DNA of 33,982 bases from a virus (lineage: Duplodnaviria > Heunggongvirae > Uroviricota > Caudoviricetes): IMG/VR virus record IMGVR_UViG_3300011115_000934, positions 1 through 33,982 of that record; one strand, written 5' to 3'. The notes beneath the pieces were generated by a model. That model did not search any database, had not been told where the DNA came from, and worked only from the letters and a program-made list of their open reading frames with translations. The translations under genes were made by a program, and so were the position numbers. This document shows, in pieces, positions 1 to 7,692 of the stretch; position 1 is the stretch's first letter, and each line of letters starts with the position of its first letter.

Positions 1-1
1 A

Positions 2-14
2 GTATCTTTAGGTA
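2..14 (+). promoter_or_regulatory. Host-type (early) promoter -7 element, truncated by the window edge
   Basis: GTATCTTTAGGTA is identical to the cores at 1236-1248 and 26422-26434 and lies 24 nt upstream of ATG 39. Confidence 0.65.
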
Positions 15-38
15 TCAATAATTAAAACAAGATACATT

Positions 39-311
39 ATGACAAGAGAACAATTCTTAAACGGAACAATTTTTACAGTAGGGTTTGTAACTTACAAAGG
101 AGCAAGTACTTATTCGTACAACGAGAATGCTGGATGTATAATGAGACAATCTAGATCTTCCCTAGATGAGAGGATAGTACTCAATGAATACGAATGTAAC
201 GTTCCAAAGATCACCAAGACTAGTTTTACAGGTTTCACTTATGTGATGAAGAAGAAAGTAGTAGTAAGGTATAAGTTTGAGGACTTAGTAGTTTTTAAAG
301 AGGGAGTCTAA
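39..311 (+). CDS. Hypothetical early protein (90 aa)
   Basis: ORF lies between an early-type promoter and a terminator, with an A-rich leader. Confidence 0.8.
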   Translation: MTREQFLNGTIFTVGFVTYKGASTYSYNENAGCIMRQSRSSLDERIVLNEYECNVPKITKTSFTGFTYVMKKKVVVRYKFEDLVVFKEGV

Positions 312-328
312 CGACTCTCTTTTTTTTT
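299..328 (+). terminator. Rho-independent terminator
   Basis: AGAGGGAGTC-TAAC-GACTCTCT stem-loop followed by a run of T, overlapping the stop of 39..311. Confidence 0.85.
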
Positions 329-340
329 GAGATTTGTAAC

Positions 341-498
341 CGAGCTCGAGGTGATGTCACCTTGATGTCAATTTGAAATAAGTTTGATCGTTTATTTCAT
401 GCAACGGTTTTCCACTCGGTTTTCCGCAGGACCTATAGATTAGTTTATTTCTGATAAAAATTGAGGTATGGGGATATATACTTATATATACTATATTT
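341..498. repeat. Cluster of short direct and inverted repeats plus a TA-rich tract
   Basis: Palindrome CGAGCTCG (341-348); AGGTGA/TCACCT (349-362); TGATGTCA twice (352, 363); TGAAATAA/TTATTTCA (374-399); CGGTTTTCC twice (405, 417); alternating TA tract at 474-498. Confidence 0.6.
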
Positions 499-499
499 A

Positions 500-702
500 C
501 AAAGCTGGATGTTGTTATGAACCTATCTCTTCCTAGTACTGCAATTATTGCTAATTGTACCCTACTTAAAGCCCTTCGTAAGAAAATTTAAAGTTCAAGA
601 TGTCCTCCTTCAAATGTCGATATAGCTGCTTTACTTCAAGCACGAGTTACCACCTATATCCCTCACCTACCTCTTATGTTGTATCACTGTCGATTTATTG
701 CC
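500..702 (-). ncRNA. Candidate structured non-coding RNA of unknown family
   Basis: No credible ORF. Nested stems: 619-625/654-660, 627-631/638-642, 519-524/591-596, 573-577/582-586, and 542-547/552-557 with a GCAA tetraloop. G-U pairs work only on the minus strand. A minus-strand promoter lies just upstream. Confidence 0.45.
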
Positions 703-707
703 TATAT

Positions 708-740
708 TCAATATACAACCTTTTTGGCTTTTTTTGCAAC
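708..740 (-). promoter_or_regulatory. Minus-strand host-type promoter
   Basis: Minus strand reads G-TTG-N21-TATATTGA, with the GTTGC also seen at 1213 and 26399. Confidence 0.55.
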
Positions 741-787
741 AAAGGGTAAAAAATTTTTGGACAAAATTTCGTTATATAAAACATATA

Positions 788-794
788 TATTTAT
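788..794 (+). promoter_or_regulatory. Putative late promoter TATTTAT
   Basis: Recurrent intergenic motif, 5 nt before ATG 800. Confidence 0.55.
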
Positions 795-799
795 ATAGA

Positions 800-1213
800 A
801 TGAAGAAACTAGACAGTAGGGGATTATTTAACATATTTTCCCAGCAAGACGAAGCAATATACCACGAGCATGGAATACCTAACGCTCTTAATGATGATTT
901 TATATTATTTGGTACAGTTATAAAGGGGGTAGAGAATTACTTTATAATACATACAATTTATAGCTATAAGTTCGGACAACAGTATGATAGCGTAAGTAAT
1001 TCAATCAAAATGAAGTATTTCAACGGACTTATTAGTTATCTCGAGAGAATCGATATATCACAGTCAGAAACGCTAATAAACATATTGGATGAGTTCGAAC
1101 CCGATGTAGTGCAGAGTGTATTGCAGCAATTACTACAATTTTACGAGGAGAAAGAAATGTATGAAAAATGTGTAATTATTTTTAAATTTATTGACTTTTT
1201 TTTCGCAAAATAG
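800..1213 (+). CDS. Hypothetical protein (137 aa) with a C-terminal UVR-like helical hairpin (YEEKEMYEKC)
   Basis: The ORF track starts at TTG 698. ATG 800 is preferred because 698-799 overlaps promoter sequence. Confidence 0.75.
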   Translation: MKKLDSRGLFNIFSQQDEAIYHEHGIPNALNDDFILFGTVIKGVENYFIIHTIYSYKFGQQYDSVSNSIKMKYFNGLISYLERIDISQSETLINILDEFEPDVVQSVLQQLLQFYEEKEMYEKCVIIFKFIDFFFAK

Positions 1214-1248
1214 TTGCTAGAACCAATCTTTGTGCGTATCTTTAGGTA
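1213..1248 (+). promoter_or_regulatory. Host-type (Bacteroidota sigma-like) early promoter
   Basis: TTG (1214-1216)-N20-TATCTTTA (1237). The 16 bp TGCGTATCTTTAGGTA is identical at 26419-26434. Resembles the Bacteroidota -33 TTTG / -7 TAnnTTTG consensus. Confidence 0.75.
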
Positions 1249-1275
1249 TATAAATCAATAAAACAAAAAAAGGTT

Positions 1276-1482
1276 ATGGAATCAACTATCTTACAATACG
1301 TATTACACTACGTTTTTATCGGAATCACTTTAGCACTTCCACTTATTACGGTAACAGAAACTAGTGATGAGACAGAGCCAACTACTGCAAAAGAAGTATT
1401 GCTTACAGTATTCCTTTGGCCTTGGTTATGGGTTTTATTAATTGAAATGTTTATTAAGTTTGTGATCCGTAAATTATGGTAG
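1276..1482 (+). CDS. Small two-TM membrane protein
   Basis: Two hydrophobic stretches and an FLWP motif. Confidence 0.75.
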   Translation: MESTILQYVLHYVFIGITLALPLITVTETSDETEPTTAKEVLLTVFLWPWLWVLLIEMFIKFVIRKLW

Positions 1483-1676
1483 AGTTTATTTTAAATACTA
1501 TTTTTTCAGTACCATATTTTACAATAGGGGTTATTATTACAGCTGCATTTGATATAGCAATCTACTATACTAGAGTAAGTGCTCGTTTTACTTTTATAGA
1601 AATACTCGGTTGTACCATGTTTTGGCCCCTTGCAGTACTGTGTTTCTTAGTAGCATTTTTTAAAGGAGAAAATTAA
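1476..1676 (+). CDS. Small two-TM membrane protein, probable paralog of 1276..1482
   Basis: Two hydrophobic stretches and an MFWP motif; overlaps the upstream stop. Confidence 0.75.
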   Translation: MVEFILNTIFSVPYFTIGVIITAAFDIAIYYTRVSARFTFIEILGCTMFWPLAVLCFLVAFFKGEN

Positions 1677-1692
1677 TTAAAGTTAATAAGTT

Positions 1693-2325
1693 ATGTATAA
1701 AGATAAAATAAGTATGACAGAGGCCATGTCCCTCGAATTAATAGGACAGATTACAATTGTTGATTCTTCACCAGAGTCTATTTTACCTTACCCTAAGGTA
1801 GGAAAAACTTGGAAGGAAAACTTTATCAAGTTACAATCCAAACACAGGCATATATCTCCAGAAAAACTCCTTACGTTTCTTTCGGCAAAATACCTTATAG
1901 AGGTACCTGAGGGTGTAATAGATAAAGATAGTAATACTTATTCGTGGAGATATTTTCATGGTATAGAAAATAGAAAGATACACGAGAAGTCTAAGGACAA
2001 TATTGAGTATGTTTATATTCTCGTAAATGCGGGGTATCCAAACCTTGTTAAGATCGGAATGACAATTACAACTGTTCCTGCCAGAGTTGCGGGATTAAAC
2101 GCCTCTAGTACGGTTGATGAATGGCAAGCAAAGTTTGCTTTGCCCCTAGAGAAAGGTTCGGCGTATAAAGTGGAACAGGCCGTGCATGCTTACTTTGCTT
2201 CTTTGAGGGTTTGTTCGGATCAAGGAGGTTCTCGAGAATTCTTTGAGGTGGATCCGTTATCGGCTTTTGATAAGGTGAGGGAAATAGGAGCTTTGTTTGC
2301 TGTAGGGAATCCTATTGTGTTTTAG
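1693..2325 (+). CDS. T5orf172 / GIY-YIG-family nuclease-domain protein
   Basis: Motifs YVYIL...LVKIGMT...ARV..LN...VEQAVH...REFF. Confidence 0.8.
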   Translation: MYKDKISMTEAMSLELIGQITIVDSSPESILPYPKVGKTWKENFIKLQSKHRHISPEKLLTFLSAKYLIEVPEGVIDKDSNTYSWRYFHGIENRKIHEKSKDNIEYVYILVNAGYPNLVKIGMTITTVPARVAGLNASSTVDEWQAKFALPLEKGSAYKVEQAVHAYFASLRVCSDQGGSREFFEVDPLSAFDKVREIGALFAVGNPIVF

Positions 2326-2455
2326 AATATATAAGAAAAGTGCGCCGCGTAACTCCTCTGTTGTTTCTTTAAAAAAAAATCGGTAACTTCAATCTATAAG
2401 CTCTTAAAGAAAAAGGGATATAAAAAAAATAGTAATAAAAATAAACTAAAGTAAA

Positions 2456-2629
2456 ATGAGAAACAAAGATTTATTCGAACAAAAATTAGAAAGATTCGAA
2501 GCAGAAGTAAAGAACATAGGGTATAATATTCATAAAAATGAATTAGACGTAGCTTATAGTTTGGTTGAAGTTCTTTTAGAAAAGGTAGGAGATCTTAGAA
2601 CTCTGTTAAATACAGAACACCAAGACTAA
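2456..2629 (+). CDS. Hypothetical helical protein (57 aa), absent from the ORF track
   Basis: MRNKDLFEQKLERFEAEVKNIGYNIHKNELDVAYSLVEVLLEKVGDLRTLLNTEHQD; A-rich leader; TAATG coupling to the next gene. Confidence 0.75.
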   Translation: MRNKDLFEQKLERFEAEVKNIGYNIHKNELDVAYSLVEVLLEKVGDLRTLLNTEHQD

Positions 2630-3366
2630 TGAACTTAGTAGCAGAGCAAATACAAAAAAATTGGGATAAGCATCTCAAAATTGTAGATACTTTTATAACA
2701 GGAGAACGTAAGGAGAAGTTAAAATCTCTTTACGTTTCTTTGGCTGATGATATGGTTTTAGCTCCTGCTTCAGGTAAGCCTTCTTTCCATAATGCATTTG
2801 CTGGAGGATATATAGATCATGTTAATCGTGTAGTTCACTGTGCTTTGAAAACAAAGCAACTTTGGCAAGAGATGGGATCTACTATAGATTTTACAGATGA
2901 GGAATTAGTATTTTCTGCTCTTAATCACGACTTAGGTAAAATAGGTTCACAAGGTCAACCCTACTATCTCCCTCAGACAGATAAGTGGAGACAGGATAAG
3001 TTAGGAGAAATTTATACTCATAATAAGGACTTATCATACATGCTTATTCAAGATCGTTCTCTATTTACACTCCAGCAAAATCAAATAGCTATTACAGAAA
3101 AGGAATATCTAGCAATTAAATTACATGATGGATTGTATGATGATGTAAATAAACCATACTACATTTCCTTTAATCCAGATTCTAAACTTAGAACTAATTT
3201 AGTTTATATTTTACATCAAGCAGATTTCTTAGCTTCTAAAATAGAATACGATACTTGGAAAGCTTCAGGAGAGGTTCAAGAACCTAAGGTAGAGAAAACA
3301 AAAGCAAGTACAGGTAAAACAGTTAACGCCTCAGAGGGGCTAATGAATTTAGTAAAAAATATTTAA
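2629..3366 (+). CDS. HD-domain metal-dependent phosphohydrolase (YhaM-like HD)
   Basis: Motifs HNAFAGGYIDHV, HDLGKIG, HDG and HQAD. Confidence 0.85.
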   Translation: MNLVAEQIQKNWDKHLKIVDTFITGERKEKLKSLYVSLADDMVLAPASGKPSFHNAFAGGYIDHVNRVVHCALKTKQLWQEMGSTIDFTDEELVFSALNHDLGKIGSQGQPYYLPQTDKWRQDKLGEIYTHNKDLSYMLIQDRSLFTLQQNQIAITEKEYLAIKLHDGLYDDVNKPYYISFNPDSKLRTNLVYILHQADFLASKIEYDTWKASGEVQEPKVEKTKASTGKTVNASEGLMNLVKNI

Positions 3367-3367
3367 G

Positions 3368-3661
3368 ATGGAAATTTTATTAATAATATCAACAGTAGTT
3401 CTTTTATGTTTAGCATACATAGTTTTTAACCTAAATCGTAAGGTGGTTAAGCAAGAGGGCATTATAGAATACCAAGTAGGTTATTTAAGAAATGTTGCGT
3501 ACCTTATTAATGAGTCAAAAATTTATGTTGAACAATTAGATGAAAAAGGTGCATTTAGATCCGACGACGAAGTAGGGGTCTTCTTTAATTTTATGAAAGA
3601 AATACAAGAAACCATAAATGATTACCGTCTCCCAGAAGACTATGGCAAAGCCACAAAATAA
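3368..3661 (+). CDS. Hypothetical protein with an N-terminal membrane anchor
   Basis: Hydrophobic N-terminus followed by a coiled region. Confidence 0.75.
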   Translation: MEILLIISTVVLLCLAYIVFNLNRKVVKQEGIIEYQVGYLRNVAYLINESKIYVEQLDEKGAFRSDDEVGVFFNFMKEIQETINDYRLPEDYGKATK

Positions 3662-4340
3662 AGATAATTACTATTTTACACAAGAAACAGAGGACGCAAT
3701 CGTAAGATATAACGCATCCTCTGATCCTGTTTTTAGAGATAAAATATTTACAAAAGAGATATATTACCCTCTATATAAGTTAGCAGAAAATATTATTCAT
3801 ACTTTTAAATTTTACTACCTCGATGTGGATAGTATTGAGGATTTAAAGTTAGATGTAGTAAGTATGCTTGTTGAGGAAAAGCTATATAGATTTGATCCAA
3901 CTAATGGTGCTAAGGCATTTTCTTACTTTCAAACAATAGTAAAGAGATGGCTTATTAATTACAATAATAAGAACTACAAGAAGCTAAAACAGGTAGGATC
4001 TTTTGAAGAGATGGAAGATTCGTACGAAGTAGAGGGAGTTCCAAACTCGGAACGAAAAGTTAAAATAGCTACAATTGTAAATCTTTTTATAGAAAACAGC
4101 TATGAAAATATAGAAGAACTTTTTCCAAAAGAACAAGATCAAAAGGTAGCAGATGCAATCCTTACCCTATTTACTACACGTCATGACCTGGAAATTTTTA
4201 GAAAGAAAGCTCTGTACATTTATATAAGAGAAATGACAGATTGTGAAACTCCAACCCTTACTAAGGTAATTTCTAAACTTAAAGATGAATTCTATACCTT
4301 ACATAAGACCTACCAAGATGCAGGATTTTTAATTCAATAA
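3642..4340 (+). CDS. Phage RNA polymerase sigma factor, T4 gp55-like (late transcription)
   Basis: YYFT..., LAENII..FKFY and RFDP...KAFSYFQTI match the sigma region 2 pattern of gp55 (NPFAYFTQI-like). ATG 3642 is preferred over 3618. Confidence 0.7.
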   Translation: MAKPQNKDNYYFTQETEDAIVRYNASSDPVFRDKIFTKEIYYPLYKLAENIIHTFKFYYLDVDSIEDLKLDVVSMLVEEKLYRFDPTNGAKAFSYFQTIVKRWLINYNNKNYKKLKQVGSFEEMEDSYEVEGVPNSERKVKIATIVNLFIENSYENIEELFPKEQDQKVADAILTLFTTRHDLEIFRKKALYIYIREMTDCETPTLTKVISKLKDEFYTLHKTYQDAGFLIQ

Positions 4341-4342
4341 CA

Positions 4343-4349
4343 TATTTAT
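4343..4349 (+). promoter_or_regulatory. Putative late promoter TATTTAT
   Basis: Intergenic, at the head of the structural module. Confidence 0.65.
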
Positions 4350-4363
4350 ATAATAAATACACC

Positions 4364-4711
4364 ATGGGATTAGATACTACAATTTTTGGAACCAAAACAG
4401 TCTCAGATATCTTAAAAGAAATCTATGACAACTCTCGAAGCAAATCAAAACAAGTTAACGCTCTTATTGGAGAACTTAAGCCTCTTGTAGAGAATATAGG
4501 AGATGCAACTCTTGTTGTACCTATGATAAAAGAATACTTAGAAGTAGGAGTAAAGAATGATGAACACCTTATTAAAATGGTAGCACTTGTACAGAGGTTT
4601 GATAATGGAGGAAAGGGAGCGGAGGCAGATTTTTTCAATCCAGAAGAGCTGGCTAAGTTAATGGAGCAAAGTGAAGAGATAGGTAAGAAGTTGGATAAAA
4701 AGGATGAGTAA
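4364..4711 (+). CDS. Hypothetical helical protein
   Basis: Intact ORF, TAATG-coupled to the next gene. Confidence 0.8.
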   Translation: MGLDTTIFGTKTVSDILKEIYDNSRSKSKQVNALIGELKPLVENIGDATLVVPMIKEYLEVGVKNDEHLIKMVALVQRFDNGGKGAEADFFNPEELAKLMEQSEEIGKKLDKKDE

Positions 4712-5862
4712 TGACAAGAAATAACTATTTCTTAGGCAGTAAGATAGGAGGACTAATTCAATCACAAAACTCAGGAGGTTCCTCACAAGGAGCGTTAGTT
4801 TTTGGAAGAGTTACTAAAATTTCTTTAGATGAAAGTACTGAGATTTTAGATGCTCAAGGCAATGCATTACCTATAGGTACAATACTATATAGAGATATCA
4901 CAGCTCAAAAAGAAACAAAAGCAACTGAGTATCCTGCACTACCTCTCCATACTAACATTAAACAATTCCCACTACTAAATGAAGTAGTAATGCTAGTACA
5001 AGGACCTACCTCAGATATACAAACAAATGTAGGTACAAAAGATGTATACTATTCAACTATAGTTAATTTATGGGGAAGTAATCACCACAATGCATTACCA
5101 GAGCCAAATACAGATATAAGTACTATATTGGGTAAGGACGTAAAAGAGCTCTCCGATATTAACCCGATGTACCCCTTCCCAGGAGATGTTTTGATAGAAG
5201 GAAGGCAGGGGCAATCTATTAGGTTAGGTGGAAATATGTCTCCTAAAAATAAGTTAGTTGACGATAGCAATAATGCTAAGCCGTTTATATTGGTTAGTAA
5301 TGGCCAAATTAAAACAGATAATGGAATAGATCATATAGTAGAGGATATTAATAAAGATCCAAACTCTATACACATGCTTTCTGATCATATATCAGATTTA
5401 ATTGCGATTAACAAAAAGAGAGATTCATACGATGTACAACCACTAGCTTCTAATAGGTACGTAGGAAACCAAGTAATTATAAATGGAGGAAGACTTTTCT
5501 TTAATGCAAAAGAAGACTCAGCATTCATATCAGCAAGAGAGTCAATAGGACTAAACGCAAAAACAGTTAACATTGATGCAAATACATACTTCTGTGTTGA
5601 TGCAGCTAAGATATATTTAGGAAAAGCAGCTAGAACCTCAATAACAAAAGAACCAGTAGTACTAGGTATTCAATTGGAGAACTGGCTAAACAACTTAATA
5701 GCAATATTAAGAACAATTTCAATCACACTACCAACTGTAACATCAACTCCAGCAGGAGCAATACCAGGACTAGCAGAATTAGGTAAGGCAATAGATCAAC
5801 CAATTAAAGATCTAACGACAACTACGATATTATTCCAATCTAAAAAAGTATTTACAGAATAA
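4711..5862 (+). CDS. Baseplate hub/spike protein (gp5/VgrG/gpV-like)
   Basis: OB-fold-like N-terminus (GRV...FPLLNEVVMLV), GDVLIEGRQGQSIRLG, a beta-helix-like C-terminal part and EPVVLG; lies upstream of a gp25-like gene. Confidence 0.65.
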   Translation: MTRNNYFLGSKIGGLIQSQNSGGSSQGALVFGRVTKISLDESTEILDAQGNALPIGTILYRDITAQKETKATEYPALPLHTNIKQFPLLNEVVMLVQGPTSDIQTNVGTKDVYYSTIVNLWGSNHHNALPEPNTDISTILGKDVKELSDINPMYPFPGDVLIEGRQGQSIRLGGNMSPKNKLVDDSNNAKPFILVSNGQIKTDNGIDHIVEDINKDPNSIHMLSDHISDLIAINKKRDSYDVQPLASNRYVGNQVIINGGRLFFNAKEDSAFISARESIGLNAKTVNIDANTYFCVDAAKIYLGKAARTSITKEPVVLGIQLENWLNNLIAILRTISITLPTVTSTPAGAIPGLAELGKAIDQPIKDLTTTTILFQSKKVFTE

Positions 5863-6854
5863 TGGCAGGAGAATTAGAAAAAGCTCAAGCAGCTCAAGCT
5901 GCAGTAGAGTCGTCAATAGCAAAAATCAGAGAAGCTCAAAAAAAGTTTGAAGAAACAAAAGCTAAGGTAGAAGCTGCGAAAAAGAAAGCAGAGGATGCAG
6001 TTAAAAAAGCAAAGGCTCTTCAACAAACCATAAAGATACTACGAGCACAACAAAGGACTCCTGGAGCAATAAGGGGAGGTATAGCAGTAGTAGCAGCTTC
6101 CCAGATAGGAGCACTAAAAGGTGCACTAGCCGCTCAGATATTAAAACGAGTTATTGCTATGCTGAGTAAATTCTCAAGCGGATGTCCAGATAATAAGGAG
6201 CTTCAGAAGATTATAAAAATTAGAAGTACGTTATTAAAACACTTAACAAGTTTCGAAAAGAGAGTAAGCGCCTTTGCTGCAATAGCAAATCAGCTTACAG
6301 CAGTAGTAAGTGTAATTAAAATTATTATACAATTAATAACATCACTCCCAATACCTGTAGCTGTACCGCCAGGAGCAGGTATACCTATAAGTGTACTAAC
6401 TAAGTATAGTAACGCGTTAATTAAGGTAAATAAGAAGTTAGATATAATATTAACAGAAGCAGCAGCAATAACAGGGATAATAAATACAGTAAGTCCAATA
6501 ATAACTAACTTAAAAAATAGGTTAGAATCAATAGATATAGCAATCGAACAATGTAGTATAGGAAATCCTGCAGACTTAAGTGATATATTAGCAACAGCAC
6601 AACCTCCTCAAAACACAGGGTCAGAAGGTACACCTACAGATGCTCAGGGAAACCCAGATCCTAATTACGAACATAAGGGATATATTCTAGCTATAGTACA
6701 AGATCCAAATTCACCTAAAATAGCACCAAGAAGGTATGCAGTAGCAAAAGATAAAGCAGGAACAATTAGATTAAGAGGAGAATCTTCGTTCAGTTCAGAC
6801 ACACAAGTTCTATTAGATGAACTTAAATTTAAAATAGATAATCAATTTACATAA
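5862..6854 (+). CDS. Hypothetical coiled-coil virion-associated protein
   Basis: Ala/Lys coiled coil plus hydrophobic helices; within the baseplate operon. Confidence 0.7.
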   Translation: MAGELEKAQAAQAAVESSIAKIREAQKKFEETKAKVEAAKKKAEDAVKKAKALQQTIKILRAQQRTPGAIRGGIAVVAASQIGALKGALAAQILKRVIAMLSKFSSGCPDNKELQKIIKIRSTLLKHLTSFEKRVSAFAAIANQLTAVVSVIKIIIQLITSLPIPVAVPPGAGIPISVLTKYSNALIKVNKKLDIILTEAAAITGIINTVSPIITNLKNRLESIDIAIEQCSIGNPADLSDILATAQPPQNTGSEGTPTDAQGNPDPNYEHKGYILAIVQDPNSPKIAPRRYAVAKDKAGTIRLRGESSFSSDTQVLLDELKFKIDNQFT

Positions 6855-6860
6855 CAAAAC

Positions 6861-6867
6861 TATTTAT
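6861..6867 (+). promoter_or_regulatory. Putative late promoter TATTTAT
   Basis: Intergenic, 4 nt before ATG 6872. Confidence 0.6.
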
Positions 6868-6871
6868 TAAT

Positions 6872-7282
6872 ATGAAGTTAGACTTATTAACAAAACTAAT
6901 AAAAGAAGCGGTTAAAGAAGCAGTTCGTGAGGAGTTGGAAACAATTCTTTCTGAAGATGTAAAACATACACAAGCACCTAAACAAACTGTTACAAAATAT
7001 GCAGAACATAGACCTGTAGTAGCAAGACCAATTCCTACAGGTAATCCAATTGCAGATCTAATGAACGAGACAAAATACTCAATGACTCAAGGAGAGTATC
7101 AGAGTATGATAAGTGCAACATCAGATATGGTTCAAGCACCAGGATTAGGAATGAATCCAATAGAGCAATTTAGACAAGGTCCAGAACCAGGATTAGACAT
7201 ATCGCAATTTGATTTTATAAAAAAAGCAGGCGCAGTTTATAAAGCATCACAAGAAAAAGATAAACAAAGATTTGGAGCATAA
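6872..7282 (+). CDS. Hypothetical protein with an LIKEAVKEAVREE leader
   Basis: Intact ORF; leader resembles those of the putative head proteins. Confidence 0.75.
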   Translation: MKLDLLTKLIKEAVKEAVREELETILSEDVKHTQAPKQTVTKYAEHRPVVARPIPTGNPIADLMNETKYSMTQGEYQSMISATSDMVQAPGLGMNPIEQFRQGPEPGLDISQFDFIKKAGAVYKASQEKDKQRFGA

Positions 7283-7692
7283 TGGCATTTAATGTACAGC
7301 AAATAGATCCACTAGATTTACAACCTAGAAAAGCAGTTGGAGTTGGTTTACCTTTCTCCTCTACTTCTGTATTTAACTCAACATACTCAACTCAGGACGC
7401 ATTAAGATCCAACTTAGTTAATCACTTTCTTACAGAAAAGGGAGAGAGGTTTCTAAATCCAAACTTAGGAGCAGGACTTAGAGCACTTCTTTTTGATCAA
7501 ATGACATTAGATAAGAGAGACCAAATAGAGGGAGTAGTTAGGACTGAGGTATCAACCTATTTTCCGAACCTACAAATAAGCGACGTAGAGATAATAGCTT
7601 CCCCAGACACAAATACAGTGACAGTTTATATAAAATATAGTGTTACTCAGACAAACATACAAGACGAATTGTTAATTAACTTCGAACAATAA
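7282..7692 (+). CDS. Baseplate wedge protein, gp25/GPW-like
   Basis: LRSNLVNHFLTEKGERFLNPNLG..L..LLFD is the gp25 family signature; expected size and context. Confidence 0.9.
   Translation: MAFNVQQIDPLDLQPRKAVGVGLPFSSTSVFNSTYSTQDALRSNLVNHFLTEKGERFLNPNLGAGLRALLFDQMTLDKRDQIEGVVRTEVSTYFPNLQISDVEIIASPDTNTVTVYIKYSVTQTNIQDELLINFEQ

Noticed and set aside
500-612. RNase P RNA resemblance (GAGGACAUC... and ACAACAUCCAGCUU on the minus strand)
   Set aside because: The two segments cannot form the P4 helix, and the spacing is too short.
698-799. N-terminal extension from TTG 698
   Set aside because: It overlaps the divergent promoter region; ATG 800 after TATTTAT is more plausible.
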